This document shows positions 47,760 to 57,054 of a DNA stretch of 64,000 nucleotides, piece by piece. Under the pieces are notes generated by a model. That model saw nothing but the letters and a program-made list of their open reading frames with translations. It had not been told where the DNA came from and did no database searches. The number at the start of each line of letters is the position of its first letter. The first letter of the stretch is position 1. The stretch is from positions 178,528 through 242,527 of the forward strand of contig JAAFJE010000004.1 in assembly GCA_013298025.1 (NCBI GenBank). The letters are read 5' to 3'. This DNA comes from Cytophagales bacterium. GTDB lineage: Bacteria > Bacteroidota > Bacteroidia > Cytophagales > Spirosomataceae. The position numbers were made by a program, and so were the translations under genes.

Positions 47760-50729
47760 ATGAACAATTTTAAAAAAATCAATAACCTTACCGGTTGGGC
47801 TGTATTTTTGATTTCTTTCGTCGTTTTTGCTGCCACAGTAGAGCGAACAGCCTCTTTTTGGGATTGCGGTGAATTTATAGCCTGTGCTTACAAGCTGCAA
47901 GTTCCTCACCCTCCTGGTGCACCACTATTTTTATTATTGGGAAGAATGTTCTCGTTGTTGGCGGGTGCCGATAAAACACAAGTGGCTTATTGGGTAAATA
48001 TGCTATCGGTGGTTTCGAGTGCTTTTACCATTCTATTTATGCACTGGACAATCGTATTGATTGGTCGTAAAATTTTAAATAAAAGCTTTGAATCTTTGAG
48101 CCTTGCCGAAGCTATCAGCTTGTTGGGGGCTGGGGTTGTTGGGTCCTTGGCTTATGCTTTTACAGATACGTTTTGGTTCTCGGCTGTAGAGGCCGAAGTG
48201 TATGCCATGTCGTCGTTCTTTACGGCATTGGTTGTATGGGCAGCTTTCAAATGGGAGCTTATCGAAGACGAAGCCGCAGCTAACCGTTGGTTGGTTTTTA
48301 TCGCTTATATCGTGGGCTTGTCTATTGGTGTCCACTTGCTAAACTTGGTAACTGTACCTGCGTTGGCGTTATTATATTATTTCAAAAAATACCCTAAACC
48401 AACTTATCTGGGCGGTTTTATTGCTTTAACGGTAGGTTTATTCATCTTGGGTATCATCAACTCTGGTATTATTCCGGGTATTCCATCGATGGCATTTAGC
48501 TTTGAACTAGCCTTTGTCAATGAGCTTGGTATGCCTTATGGTTCGGGAGTTATCGTATTTTTGGTCTTGTTTATTGGACTCTTGGTAGGGGGCGTAGCTT
48601 ATTCTCAAGCTAAAAATAAGGTAGGCTTAAACATATCGCTGTTGGCTTTGTCTTTTGTCTTGATTGGCTATTTGTCTTACAATTTGGCCTTGGTTCGTTC
48701 TACTTACAACACCCCAATCAACGAAAATGACCCGAGCAATATCCTCAACTTTTTAAAGTATTTGCGTCGTGAGCAATACGGCGAACGCTCGTTGTTGTAT
48801 GGCCCTATTTTTACGGCAGAAGTAGAAAGCGTTGACGCTGGCGCCCCTGTCTATAAAATGAAAGATGGCAAATACGTGGTATATGACCACAAGCAAAAAG
48901 TAACCTACAGCAAAAATGGTCAAATGTTGTTGCCTCGTATCTACTCGAATGCACCACAACACGTGGCTCTTTACCGTGAAATGCTAGGCTTGGCAGAAGG
49001 TGAAACGCCTACATTTGGCGACAACCTCCGCTTTATGTTTACGCACCAAATGGGTCACATGTATATGCGTTATTTGCTTTGGAACTTCGTCGGACGAGAA
49101 AGCGATATTCAAGATGCAGGCGTGATAGATTATACACGGAAAGGTGCTTTACCCGAATTGCTCGCCAACAATAAAGCACACAATAATTACTTCTATTTGC
49201 CACTTATCTTGGGTTTACTAGGCTTTTTCTTATTGTATCGTAAAAATGAAAAAGACTTTTTAATTACGATTTTGATGTTTTTGATGACGGGCTTGGCACT
49301 GGTTATTTTCCTTAACTCGCCTCCAACAGAGCCTCGTGAGCGTGATTATATTTATGTGGGTTCGTTCTATTTCTTTGCTATTTGGATTGGCCTAGGCGTA
49401 ATGCAATTGGCCGAATGGTTGTTGAAACTCATCAAAAATCCTGTGTCAACGAGCTATGCCGCCACTGCGGTTTCGTTGGTGATTCCTGTGATTTTGATTC
49501 AACAAAACTGGGACGACCACGACCGCAATCACCGTTATCATCAGGTTGATTTTGCTAAAAATATGCTCAATTCTTGTGCCCCCAACGCTATTTTGTTTAC
49601 GGGTGGCGACAACGATACTTTCCCCTTGTGGTATGTGCAAGAAGTAGAAGGATTCCGTACCGATGTGCGTGTATGTAACCTTTCGTTGTTGGGTACAGAC
49701 TGGTACATCGAGCAAATGAAACGCAAAACGTATGAGTCGGAAGCTTTGCCTATTTCTTTAGATAAAGACCGTTTCTTGGAAGGTATCAACGACCAAATTT
49801 TATTCTACGAAAACCCTAATGTCAAAAATGGCATTAACCTCGAAGAATACATCAAATTGGTGAAAGATGATAACCCTGCTATCAAAGTGCCATTACAAGA
49901 TGGTACAATGATTAATACCTTGCCTTCTGAGAATGTTTTTGTGCCTGTGAATGTAGAAGAAATGAAAAAAGCTACTTTCATACCCGATGCCCTCAAACCA
50001 TATTTGATGGACCAAGTAAGTTGGTCGTTGGGCAAAGGTGGCTTGATGAAACCCGAATTGATTCAGTTGGATATTATTGCCCAAAATGCCAAAAATGGCT
50101 GGAAGCGTCCTATTTATTTCGCTACAACTTTGGCAAGCAGCAGCTACCTCAACATGAAAGAAATGATGCAGCTAGAAGGTTATGCGTATCGTTTGTTGCC
50201 AGTGAAACTGCCAGAAGCCAAAGAAGGTATTGTCAATACCGACATCATGTTTGATAACGTAACGAAGAAAATGTTCTGGAGAGATTTAGACAATCCAAAC
50301 ACGTACTATCATTCTGATTTTTACTTAGAAGTACCAGTGATTACGGCACGTTTGAGCTTCTTGCGTTTGGTGGACCAGTTGGTAAAAGAAGGTAAATTGG
50401 CGAAAGCAAAAGAAGCATTAGATTTTGAAATGAAGGTGATGCCCGACAAAACTATCCCTTACGACCAGCTTAGTGCCAATTTTGTATCGCTTTATTTAGC
50501 GGTAGGCGATAAGAAAAAGGCCTTGGAAATTGCTGATACCATGATGAACCGCAACGATAAAGCATTAACGTACTACCTGCAAGAACGCAGAGGAAGCGAT
50601 TCTCGTGAAATTCAAACGGCCTTGTATGAAATGCAAATCATTGTCAATGGGCTGAAAGAAGCAAAACTTCCCGAAGCAGCCAAGTACGAAGAGATGTTTA
50701 ATCGTCAGTACAATAAAGCTAGTTCATAA
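47760..50729 (+). CDS. DUF2723 (TMEM260-like) membrane glycosyltransferase
   Basis: WDCGEFIA, HPPGAPLF, FWFSAVEAEVY, GDNDTFPLWY. Confidence 0.9.
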   Translation: MNNFKKINNLTGWAVFLISFVVFAATVERTASFWDCGEFIACAYKLQVPHPPGAPLFLLLGRMFSLLAGADKTQVAYWVNMLSVVSSAFTILFMHWTIVLIGRKILNKSFESLSLAEAISLLGAGVVGSLAYAFTDTFWFSAVEAEVYAMSSFFTALVVWAAFKWELIEDEAAANRWLVFIAYIVGLSIGVHLLNLVTVPALALLYYFKKYPKPTYLGGFIALTVGLFILGIINSGIIPGIPSMAFSFELAFVNELGMPYGSGVIVFLVLFIGLLVGGVAYSQAKNKVGLNISLLALSFVLIGYLSYNLALVRSTYNTPINENDPSNILNFLKYLRREQYGERSLLYGPIFTAEVESVDAGAPVYKMKDGKYVVYDHKQKVTYSKNGQMLLPRIYSNAPQHVALYREMLGLAEGETPTFGDNLRFMFTHQMGHMYMRYLLWNFVGRESDIQDAGVIDYTRKGALPELLANNKAHNNYFYLPLILGLLGFFLLYRKNEKDFLITILMFLMTGLALVIFLNSPPTEPRERDYIYVGSFYFFAIWIGLGVMQLAEWLLKLIKNPVSTSYAATAVSLVIPVILIQQNWDDHDRNHRYHQVDFAKNMLNSCAPNAILFTGGDNDTFPLWYVQEVEGFRTDVRVCNLSLLGTDWYIEQMKRKTYESEALPISLDKDRFLEGINDQILFYENPNVKNGINLEEYIKLVKDDNPAIKVPLQDGTMINTLPSENVFVPVNVEEMKKATFIPDALKPYLMDQVSWSLGKGGLMKPELIQLDIIAQNAKNGWKRPIYFATTLASSSYLNMKEMMQLEGYAYRLLPVKLPEAKEGIVNTDIMFDNVTKKMFWRDLDNPNTYYHSDFYLEVPVITARLSFLRLVDQLVKEGKLAKAKEALDFEMKVMPDKTIPYDQLSANFVSLYLAVGDKKKALEIADTMMNRNDKALTYYLQERRGSDSREIQTALYEMQIIVNGLKEAKLPEAAKYEEMFNRQYNKASS

Positions 50730-50748
50730 TTTTACAGTTAATAAATGG

Positions 50749-50778
50749 AAAGGGGATGCAGCGATGCGTCCCTTTTTT
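50749..50778. terminator. bidirectional terminator
   Basis: AAAGGGGATGCA-GCGA-TGCGTCCCTTTTTT. Confidence 0.75.
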
Positions 50779-50779
50779 G

Positions 50780-50986
50780 TTAGCAGTCTAATACACTTTC
50801 GTCGGTAAGAATATGGTTTTGTAAAACCCATTCTTTCAATGCCTTCCGATGCTCATGCCGTACAATTACTTGTACTTTGGTTTGCCCTTCTTTTAAAATC
50901 AAAAAAGCCGTACTCAAAAACTTAGAATAGGTAATATAATAAACGTATTCTGCTCGATAAGGCATATTAAATGCTGTATGATTCAT
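50780..50986 (-). CDS. hypothetical 68-aa protein
   Basis: ATG after an AT-rich leader; ends right at the shared terminator; no recognisable motif. Confidence 0.4.
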   Translation of the reverse strand: MNHTAFNMPYRAEYVYYITYSKFLSTAFLILKEGQTKVQVIVRHEHRKALKEWVLQNHILTDESVLDC

Positions 50987-51384
50987 AAAAACAATAGCGT
51001 ATTTTTTAAAAAAAGGGATGATTGACGAATTTAGCTATTAATTGTTTTTGCTACAATAGTAATAGGTAAAAATACCAGAGATATTTCCTTGAATAGTATC
51101 AAACAAAAACATCCTCAGAAAGGTTATAAAAACGTTTCTGTACAAAAAACTACCGTTTACTTTTTTATCGGCTTCTTTTTTCTAAATTCTGGCGTACTTT
51201 ATACAATTTGGCATGAATATTGACCATTATTAGAAGTAACATATTTTTGTGTCCAAACAAGATACATCAGTATTTATTCTTTTTGTTTGTTTTTTTTGCA
51301 ATTCGTTAGTTTTTTTTGGAAAAAAGCTCAAAAAAAATAATAAAAAACTTGTTTGGCATATTTATTGTAAATAATTTTACAAGC

Positions 51385-51745
51385 AAGAACATATTCCGCC
51401 AAGCGTAGTTCAAACAGATACAACATAGATTCAATTACTATACTATCTTTCACTACTGCTTACAGCGAATACCTTCTTAAAGCTTTATATTACCGAGCAT
51501 CATCAGTTTCTGTCCGCCAAACAGAAATTCAAAATATAAAGGTTGGATTACAAAACTTACTTAGTTGTCAAATAATTTCGATAATAAAACCGCCATTTTA
51601 TTATCTATTTTATCAATAAGTAAACTACAGAGTTCAACAGTAAAGACATTCAAGTTACAACTTGTGGGTTAGGATTACCCAAAAGATAACTACTTAGGCG
51701 GATTGCGTAAAGGCTCGGAGCGTTGCTTCGGGTCTTTATTTATTG
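51385..51745 (+). ncRNA. candidate sRNA A (three CCGCCA motifs at or near hairpin loops)
   Basis: Promoter-like TAATTTTA at 51372-51379, no ATG seen on the + strand, terminator hairpin at 51709-51737 whose three G-U pairs favour the + strand. Confidence 0.5.
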
Positions 51746-51872
51746 ATATACCCAAAAAATTGTCCTCTTTTTTTTTCCTCTATTGCGTCAAAACCTTCCT
51801 TCGTGTAATTCTCAGAAAATTCCGATTCTTGTCTTTGTGTTGTTCTGTATAAAATACGTATGTTTGTACTAT

Positions 51873-52090
51873 CAATTACATCATATTTGTGGCGGCAAAG
51901 AAATGTAAAAGACCACACAATGGTATATATGGCTACCTTGTAGTGCTGTGGCGGCAGCTATGAAGTAACCCTATACGACCAGCCTAAGTAAAACTGAAAA
52001 CAATTAGCCTAAGTAAATTTGTAATCCTACAAACCAAGTAACTTAAACATTACTGCAAACCCTTGGAGTGGCGGCTTCGAGGGTTTTTGC
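51873..52090 (+). ncRNA. candidate sRNA B (three TGGCGG-loop hairpins)
   Basis: Consensus -7 box TATGTTTG at 51859-51866; three hairpins with the identical loop; the last is a terminator (52055-52090); only tiny ORFs (7 aa or less). Confidence 0.6.
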
Positions 52091-52301
52091 TTTATATGCC
52101 CGTCTGATTTTCTTCTTTTTCTCCCCCCCAATAGAAATTTCATTGTATTATTTCAAGATTGTTCAGAATTAACAGGATGGTGCATGATAGACATTTTTAG
52201 AGAATAAAGTTATTTTACAATAAATAGTACATATAATACAAGCATTGTCGTGTATTGCGACAATACGCCACTTTCCTCAAAGCATAATTTACTAGACGTT
52301 C

Positions 52302-53648
52302 ATGGAACACACAATACTCAACAGAAGAGATTTTTTACAACAAGCTACGCTTGCCGCTGCTGGTGTAGCCCTCAGTACCATTCCCGACGTACTAGGAGCA
52401 ACCGCTACCAAACGTAAAGTGGCTATGGTTGGTACAGGTCACAGAGGCACAGGTATGTGGGGTACGCCTGTTGTACACGAGTTTAGTGACGTAATCGAAT
52501 TTGTGGGTTTGTGTGATGCGAACATTGGTAGAGCCGAAACTGCCAAAAAAATGCTGGGCGTTACTTGTGCTGTATATACCGATTTTGAAAAAATGATGCG
52601 TGAAACCAAACCCGATTTACTCATTGTAACAACGGTAGATGCTACGCACGATAAATTTATCATCAAAGGAATGGAAATGGGTGCAGATATTATCACTGAG
52701 AAACCCATGACTACCGATGAAGGCAAATGTCAAGCCATTTTAGATGCTGAAAAAAGAACAGGCAAGAAAGTAACCGTTACGTTCAATTACCGCTATTCGC
52801 CGCATCGTCAAAAAATATACGAATTGTTGCGTGCAGGAGCTATTGGCAAGGTTACGTCGGTCGATTTTCACTGGTATTTAGATACACGCCACGGAGCAGA
52901 TTATTTCCGCCGTTGGCATCGACTCAAAGAAAACTCTGGGTCGCTTTGGGTGCACAAGGCTAGTCACCATTTTGATTTATTGAACTGGTGGCTCGAATCG
53001 GAACCAGCTTCGGTATATGCCCAAGCTGCCCTAGAGCATTATGGTAAAAACGGGACTGTACGAGGCAAAAACTGTCGTACCTGCGACCACAAAGCGACGT
53101 GTCCGTTTTATTGGGACATCACCAAAGACAATCGTTTGGTAAACCTTTACGTCAATAACGAACAACACGACGGCTATTTGAGAGATGGCTGCGTATTTAA
53201 AGAAGACATCAATATTTACGATAAAATGGCGGCAACCATTCAGTATGCCAATGGCGTAAATGTGAGTTATTCGCTTACAACCTATTCACCTTATGAAGGG
53301 TATCGCATTGCCTTCAATGGTACACAAGGAAGACTAGAGGCTTGGATAAAAGAAACAGGTCAAATGACTATTGAGCCTTATGACGAACTGATGCTTGCGA
53401 AAAACTTTGGTGCAGTAGAGTATATTAAAATCCCACAGGCCGAAGGGCATGGCGGCGGCGACGCTCGATTGAGAGATAAAATTTTTAGAAACCCCAATAG
53501 TGCCGATACTTTCCGTCAATCGGCTGGCAGTAGAGATGGTGCTATGGCCATTTTGGTTGGCATTGCAGCCCGTAAAAGTGCCGAAACAGGACAGTCCATT
53601 AAGATTGCCGACCTTACCGATTTGAAGCCTAGAGCTATTAAGGCATAA
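52302..53648 (+). CDS. Gfo/Idh/MocA oxidoreductase with Tat-like signal
   Basis: LNRRDFLQ, MVGTGHRG, TEKPM, HKASHHFD, GHGGGD. Confidence 0.9.
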   Translation: MEHTILNRRDFLQQATLAAAGVALSTIPDVLGATATKRKVAMVGTGHRGTGMWGTPVVHEFSDVIEFVGLCDANIGRAETAKKMLGVTCAVYTDFEKMMRETKPDLLIVTTVDATHDKFIIKGMEMGADIITEKPMTTDEGKCQAILDAEKRTGKKVTVTFNYRYSPHRQKIYELLRAGAIGKVTSVDFHWYLDTRHGADYFRRWHRLKENSGSLWVHKASHHFDLLNWWLESEPASVYAQAALEHYGKNGTVRGKNCRTCDHKATCPFYWDITKDNRLVNLYVNNEQHDGYLRDGCVFKEDINIYDKMAATIQYANGVNVSYSLTTYSPYEGYRIAFNGTQGRLEAWIKETGQMTIEPYDELMLAKNFGAVEYIKIPQAEGHGGGDARLRDKIFRNPNSADTFRQSAGSRDGAMAILVGIAARKSAETGQSIKIADLTDLKPRAIKA

Positions 53649-53684
53649 TAATTTAGCTATTTTCCTTCGACCTCTCATACTCAC

Positions 53685-53716
53685 TATCAATCGGTAGCAT
53701 CAACTGCCGATTGATA
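53685..53716 (+). terminator. hairpin between oxidoreductase and susC
   Basis: TATCAATCGGTAG-N6-CTGCCGATTGATA; no clear U-tract. Confidence 0.45.
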
Positions 53717-53846
53717 CCTCCACGTATAAGCTTTATAATAACACTATGAAAATAAACTTCTTGCAATAGGATTATTGCAGGCTAAAAGTTTTGTGATGTG
53801 TTCAATAATTTTTTTATAATAAATACAACAATTCAATAACTGATTT

Positions 53847-56800
53847 ATGTTTAAATTTCGACAATTGGTGATGCTGTTTTTAAGTATGTTAACTTATTCG
53901 GCATTAGCACAAGATTTCGCCGTAACAGGCAAAGTAACAGATGTTACTTCGGGCGGAATACCAGGTGTGACCGTTCTTTTAAAAGGAACGCAAAAAGGTG
54001 TAACAACCGACGTAAATGGTAATTATAAAATTACCGTTGGAGCGGGGGCAGTGTTGGTGTTTTCTTCGGTTGGTTATGAAAAACAAGAAATTGCAGTAGA
54101 AAACCGTAGTAAAATTGATGTTGTGTTGAGAAATGATGTAAAATCGCTCGACGAAGTGGTAGTGGTTGGTTATGGTACACAGAAAAAAGCCAATGTAACA
54201 GGAGCAATGGCTTCGTTTAACGCCAAAGACCTTGACCAACGCCCTATAGCAAGGGTTGACCAAGCACTTGTAGGACAATTAGCAGGGGTTTCGGTGAAGC
54301 AAACGAGTGGTACACCGGGTAAAGGCTTTAGCGTACAAGTACGTGGCTCGGGGTCGATTTCTGCCAGTAACGAACCCTTGTATGTAATTGATGGTTTTCC
54401 TCTCGAAACATCAGGACAAAATGCCTCGGGTGGGTTTAGTACAGGCAATCCATTAGACAACCTCAATCCCAATGACATCGAAAACATTCAAGTGCTCAAA
54501 GATGCTTCTTCGGCGGCTATCTATGGGTCAAGAGCAGCGAACGGCGTTGTGCTTATCACCACGAAAAAAGGACAAGAAGGCAAAGCAAAAATTAGCTTGA
54601 ATGCCTATACGGGTATCACAAAAGCGACTCGTATGCTCGATATGCTCAGTGCCGAAGAATGGACTGAAAGAGCTAAGGAAATGATTGATGCCCAATGGGT
54701 AGCATCAGGAGCCGGACGTACTGCCGCTCAAACAAACGACCAACGAAGACAAATCTTGGGGCTTTCGGGTACAGCCGTAAATACCTCGTATATGTACGAC
54801 GACCGTTGGTTTCAGGCGGGGCATCCAGGTTTGACTTATATCGACTGGCAAAAAGAAGCTTTTAGAACAGGTGTTGTAAAAAATTATCAGCTTTCTGCTA
54901 GTGGCGGCAATAATTATGTAAAATACTATGTGTCAGGCAATGTACTAGACCAAGACGGTACGGTTTGGAACATGAATTACAAAAATTATACAGCCCGTGC
55001 CAATGTAGAGGTAAAAGCCAACGAAAAGCTCCGTTTTGGCGTAAACCTTGCTCCGTCTTATTCAGAGGCCAACGACCCTGGTGTAGAAGGCAAAGATGCC
55101 ATCATTCACATTGTGGCGAGTATGACACCCGTGCAAGAAGAAGCCGCTGGCGTGTATGCCAATACAGGAGCGTATGGCGTTTATCCTTGGAGTGGTACAC
55201 GTAATAGCCCCATTGCTCAGTTAAAAAATAATATCGGTTTAACCAAAACATTCAGGACGCTATTCTCTACTTTCCTCGATTATTCTATTCTAAAAAATCT
55301 TACGTTTAGAACTTCTTTCAACTTTGATAATGCCGATGCCAGTACACAAAAATATAGTCCAGATTGGGTAAACGGTAGCCAAACGGCTCGCTTAAACTCG
55401 CCAGGAACTTCTACTTCGGGTAGTTATTCAACCTTGAAAAGACAGACTTTGGTTAATGAAAATACGTTATCTTACAATACGACTATCAACAACGACCATG
55501 ATATTTCGGCAGTAGCAGGTTATGCTTATAATTTTACTAAAATCGGAACGTCGTCGTTGGCATCGTCTGGAGGTTATAGTAGCAGTACCATTACCACATT
55601 GAATGCAGCCGTGTTGGCAACAGGTAATACCAACGAAACGCAAAACGTATTATTGTCGTATTTTGGTCGTGTACAGTATGGCTACAAAGGCAAATATTTG
55701 TTATCGGCAAGTGTACGTAGGGATGGTTCTTCTCGTTTTGGTGATAATCAAAAATGGGGACTTTTTCCATCGGCTTCATTGGGCTGGCGTTTGAGCGAAG
55801 AGCCTTTCATGAAAAATATTTCGGCCATCAACGAACTAAAATTGCGTGCAAGCTGGGGTAAAGCTGGTAACTATAACATTGGCGACTACAGCAGTATTTC
55901 TACCTTGGGTTTTGCCAATTATACCTTCGGAGGGGCACAAGCAAGCGGACAAACACCCAACCGCATTGCCAATCCAGACCTTACTTGGGAAAAATCAGAA
56001 ACCATCGACGTAGGTTTCGATATTGGTTTCTTGAAAAATAGATTTACTGCCGCATTTGATTATTACAGAAAAACCAACAAAGATTTGTTGTTGAACGTAC
56101 CTGTACCTTTAGCCACAGGTTTTGCAACGTCTTTAACAAACATTGGCGAAGTACTTAACCAAGGTTGGGAATTTGAGTTGACTTCTCGTAATATCAATAA
56201 CGCCAATGGTTTTCAATGGACAACCTCTGTGAACCTAAGCCACAACGAAAACCAAGTAGTGCATTTGGCTCCTGGAGATGCCTCTATTTACATTCCTTCG
56301 AGTTTCGATATTCCTCATAGTATCTTACAAGTTGGCGAGCCAATGTACGCCTACCACGTAGTAAAAATGATTGGGATTCTTACACAAGCCGATATTGATA
56401 ATAAAGTGGCGATGTATGGCACTCAAACCGTTGGCGACCCTAAGTATTTTGATGCCAACAGCGATGGCAAAATCGATGCCAACGACAGGGTGTATGCAGG
56501 AAAACCTAATCCCGATTTGATTTATGGCGTAACAAATACCTTCAAATATAAGGGCTTCGACCTTACGGTATTGGTACAAGGACAAACCGGTGGCTCGGTT
56601 TATTCGTTGTTCGGTCGTGCTGTTGACCGTACTGGTCAAGGGGTGGCAGATAACGCCTTGGGTATTTATCGTGACCGTTGGCGTTCGGTTGATAATCCGG
56701 GCGATGGTCTTCGTGGAAAAGCGTATTCAACTTTTGGTCGTATCAAAAATACCGATTGGCTTTGGTCGTCTGATTACTGGCGTGTAAGAAATATTACTTT

Positions 56801-57023
56801 GGGGTATAATTTAGGACAAAATATCAACCAAAAATACCTCAAAGGAGCTAGAATTTATGTAACGGCCGAAAACTGGTTTGGAGGTGATAAATACAAAGGT
56901 GGTTGGAATCCAGACGCTATCAATACCAACTTGAGCGGCGATACCTCGTTCCCGCAAGGGGGTGATTATGGTGGTTTGCCTTTGTCTCGTTCAATTATTT
57001 TTGGGGTAAACCTCACTTTCTAG
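53847..57023 (+). CDS. susC: SusC/RagA TonB-linked outer membrane protein
   Basis: DEVVVVGYGTQKK, IQVLKDASSAAIYGSRAANGV, terminal FGVNLTF. Confidence 0.96.
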   Translation: MFKFRQLVMLFLSMLTYSALAQDFAVTGKVTDVTSGGIPGVTVLLKGTQKGVTTDVNGNYKITVGAGAVLVFSSVGYEKQEIAVENRSKIDVVLRNDVKSLDEVVVVGYGTQKKANVTGAMASFNAKDLDQRPIARVDQALVGQLAGVSVKQTSGTPGKGFSVQVRGSGSISASNEPLYVIDGFPLETSGQNASGGFSTGNPLDNLNPNDIENIQVLKDASSAAIYGSRAANGVVLITTKKGQEGKAKISLNAYTGITKATRMLDMLSAEEWTERAKEMIDAQWVASGAGRTAAQTNDQRRQILGLSGTAVNTSYMYDDRWFQAGHPGLTYIDWQKEAFRTGVVKNYQLSASGGNNYVKYYVSGNVLDQDGTVWNMNYKNYTARANVEVKANEKLRFGVNLAPSYSEANDPGVEGKDAIIHIVASMTPVQEEAAGVYANTGAYGVYPWSGTRNSPIAQLKNNIGLTKTFRTLFSTFLDYSILKNLTFRTSFNFDNADASTQKYSPDWVNGSQTARLNSPGTSTSGSYSTLKRQTLVNENTLSYNTTINNDHDISAVAGYAYNFTKIGTSSLASSGGYSSSTITTLNAAVLATGNTNETQNVLLSYFGRVQYGYKGKYLLSASVRRDGSSRFGDNQKWGLFPSASLGWRLSEEPFMKNISAINELKLRASWGKAGNYNIGDYSSISTLGFANYTFGGAQASGQTPNRIANPDLTWEKSETIDVGFDIGFLKNRFTAAFDYYRKTNKDLLLNVPVPLATGFATSLTNIGEVLNQGWEFELTSRNINNANGFQWTTSVNLSHNENQVVHLAPGDASIYIPSSFDIPHSILQVGEPMYAYHVVKMIGILTQADIDNKVAMYGTQTVGDPKYFDANSDGKIDANDRVYAGKPNPDLIYGVTNTFKYKGFDLTVLVQGQTGGSVYSLFGRAVDRTGQGVADNALGIYRDRWRSVDNPGDGLRGKAYSTFGRIKNTDWLWSSDYWRVRNITLGYNLGQNINQKYLKGARIYVTAENWFGGDKYKGGWNPDAINTNLSGDTSFPQGGDYGGLPLSRSIIFGVNLTF

Positions 57024-57054
57024 TATCAATCATTTTATTATTAAGAATAAAGAC

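Noticed and set aside
51000-52300. Replication origin or iteron interpretation of the long intergenic region
   Set aside because: No perfect DnaA boxes or parS seen; motifs sit in hairpin loops with strand-specific G-U pairs and terminators, which fits RNA better (not fully excluded)
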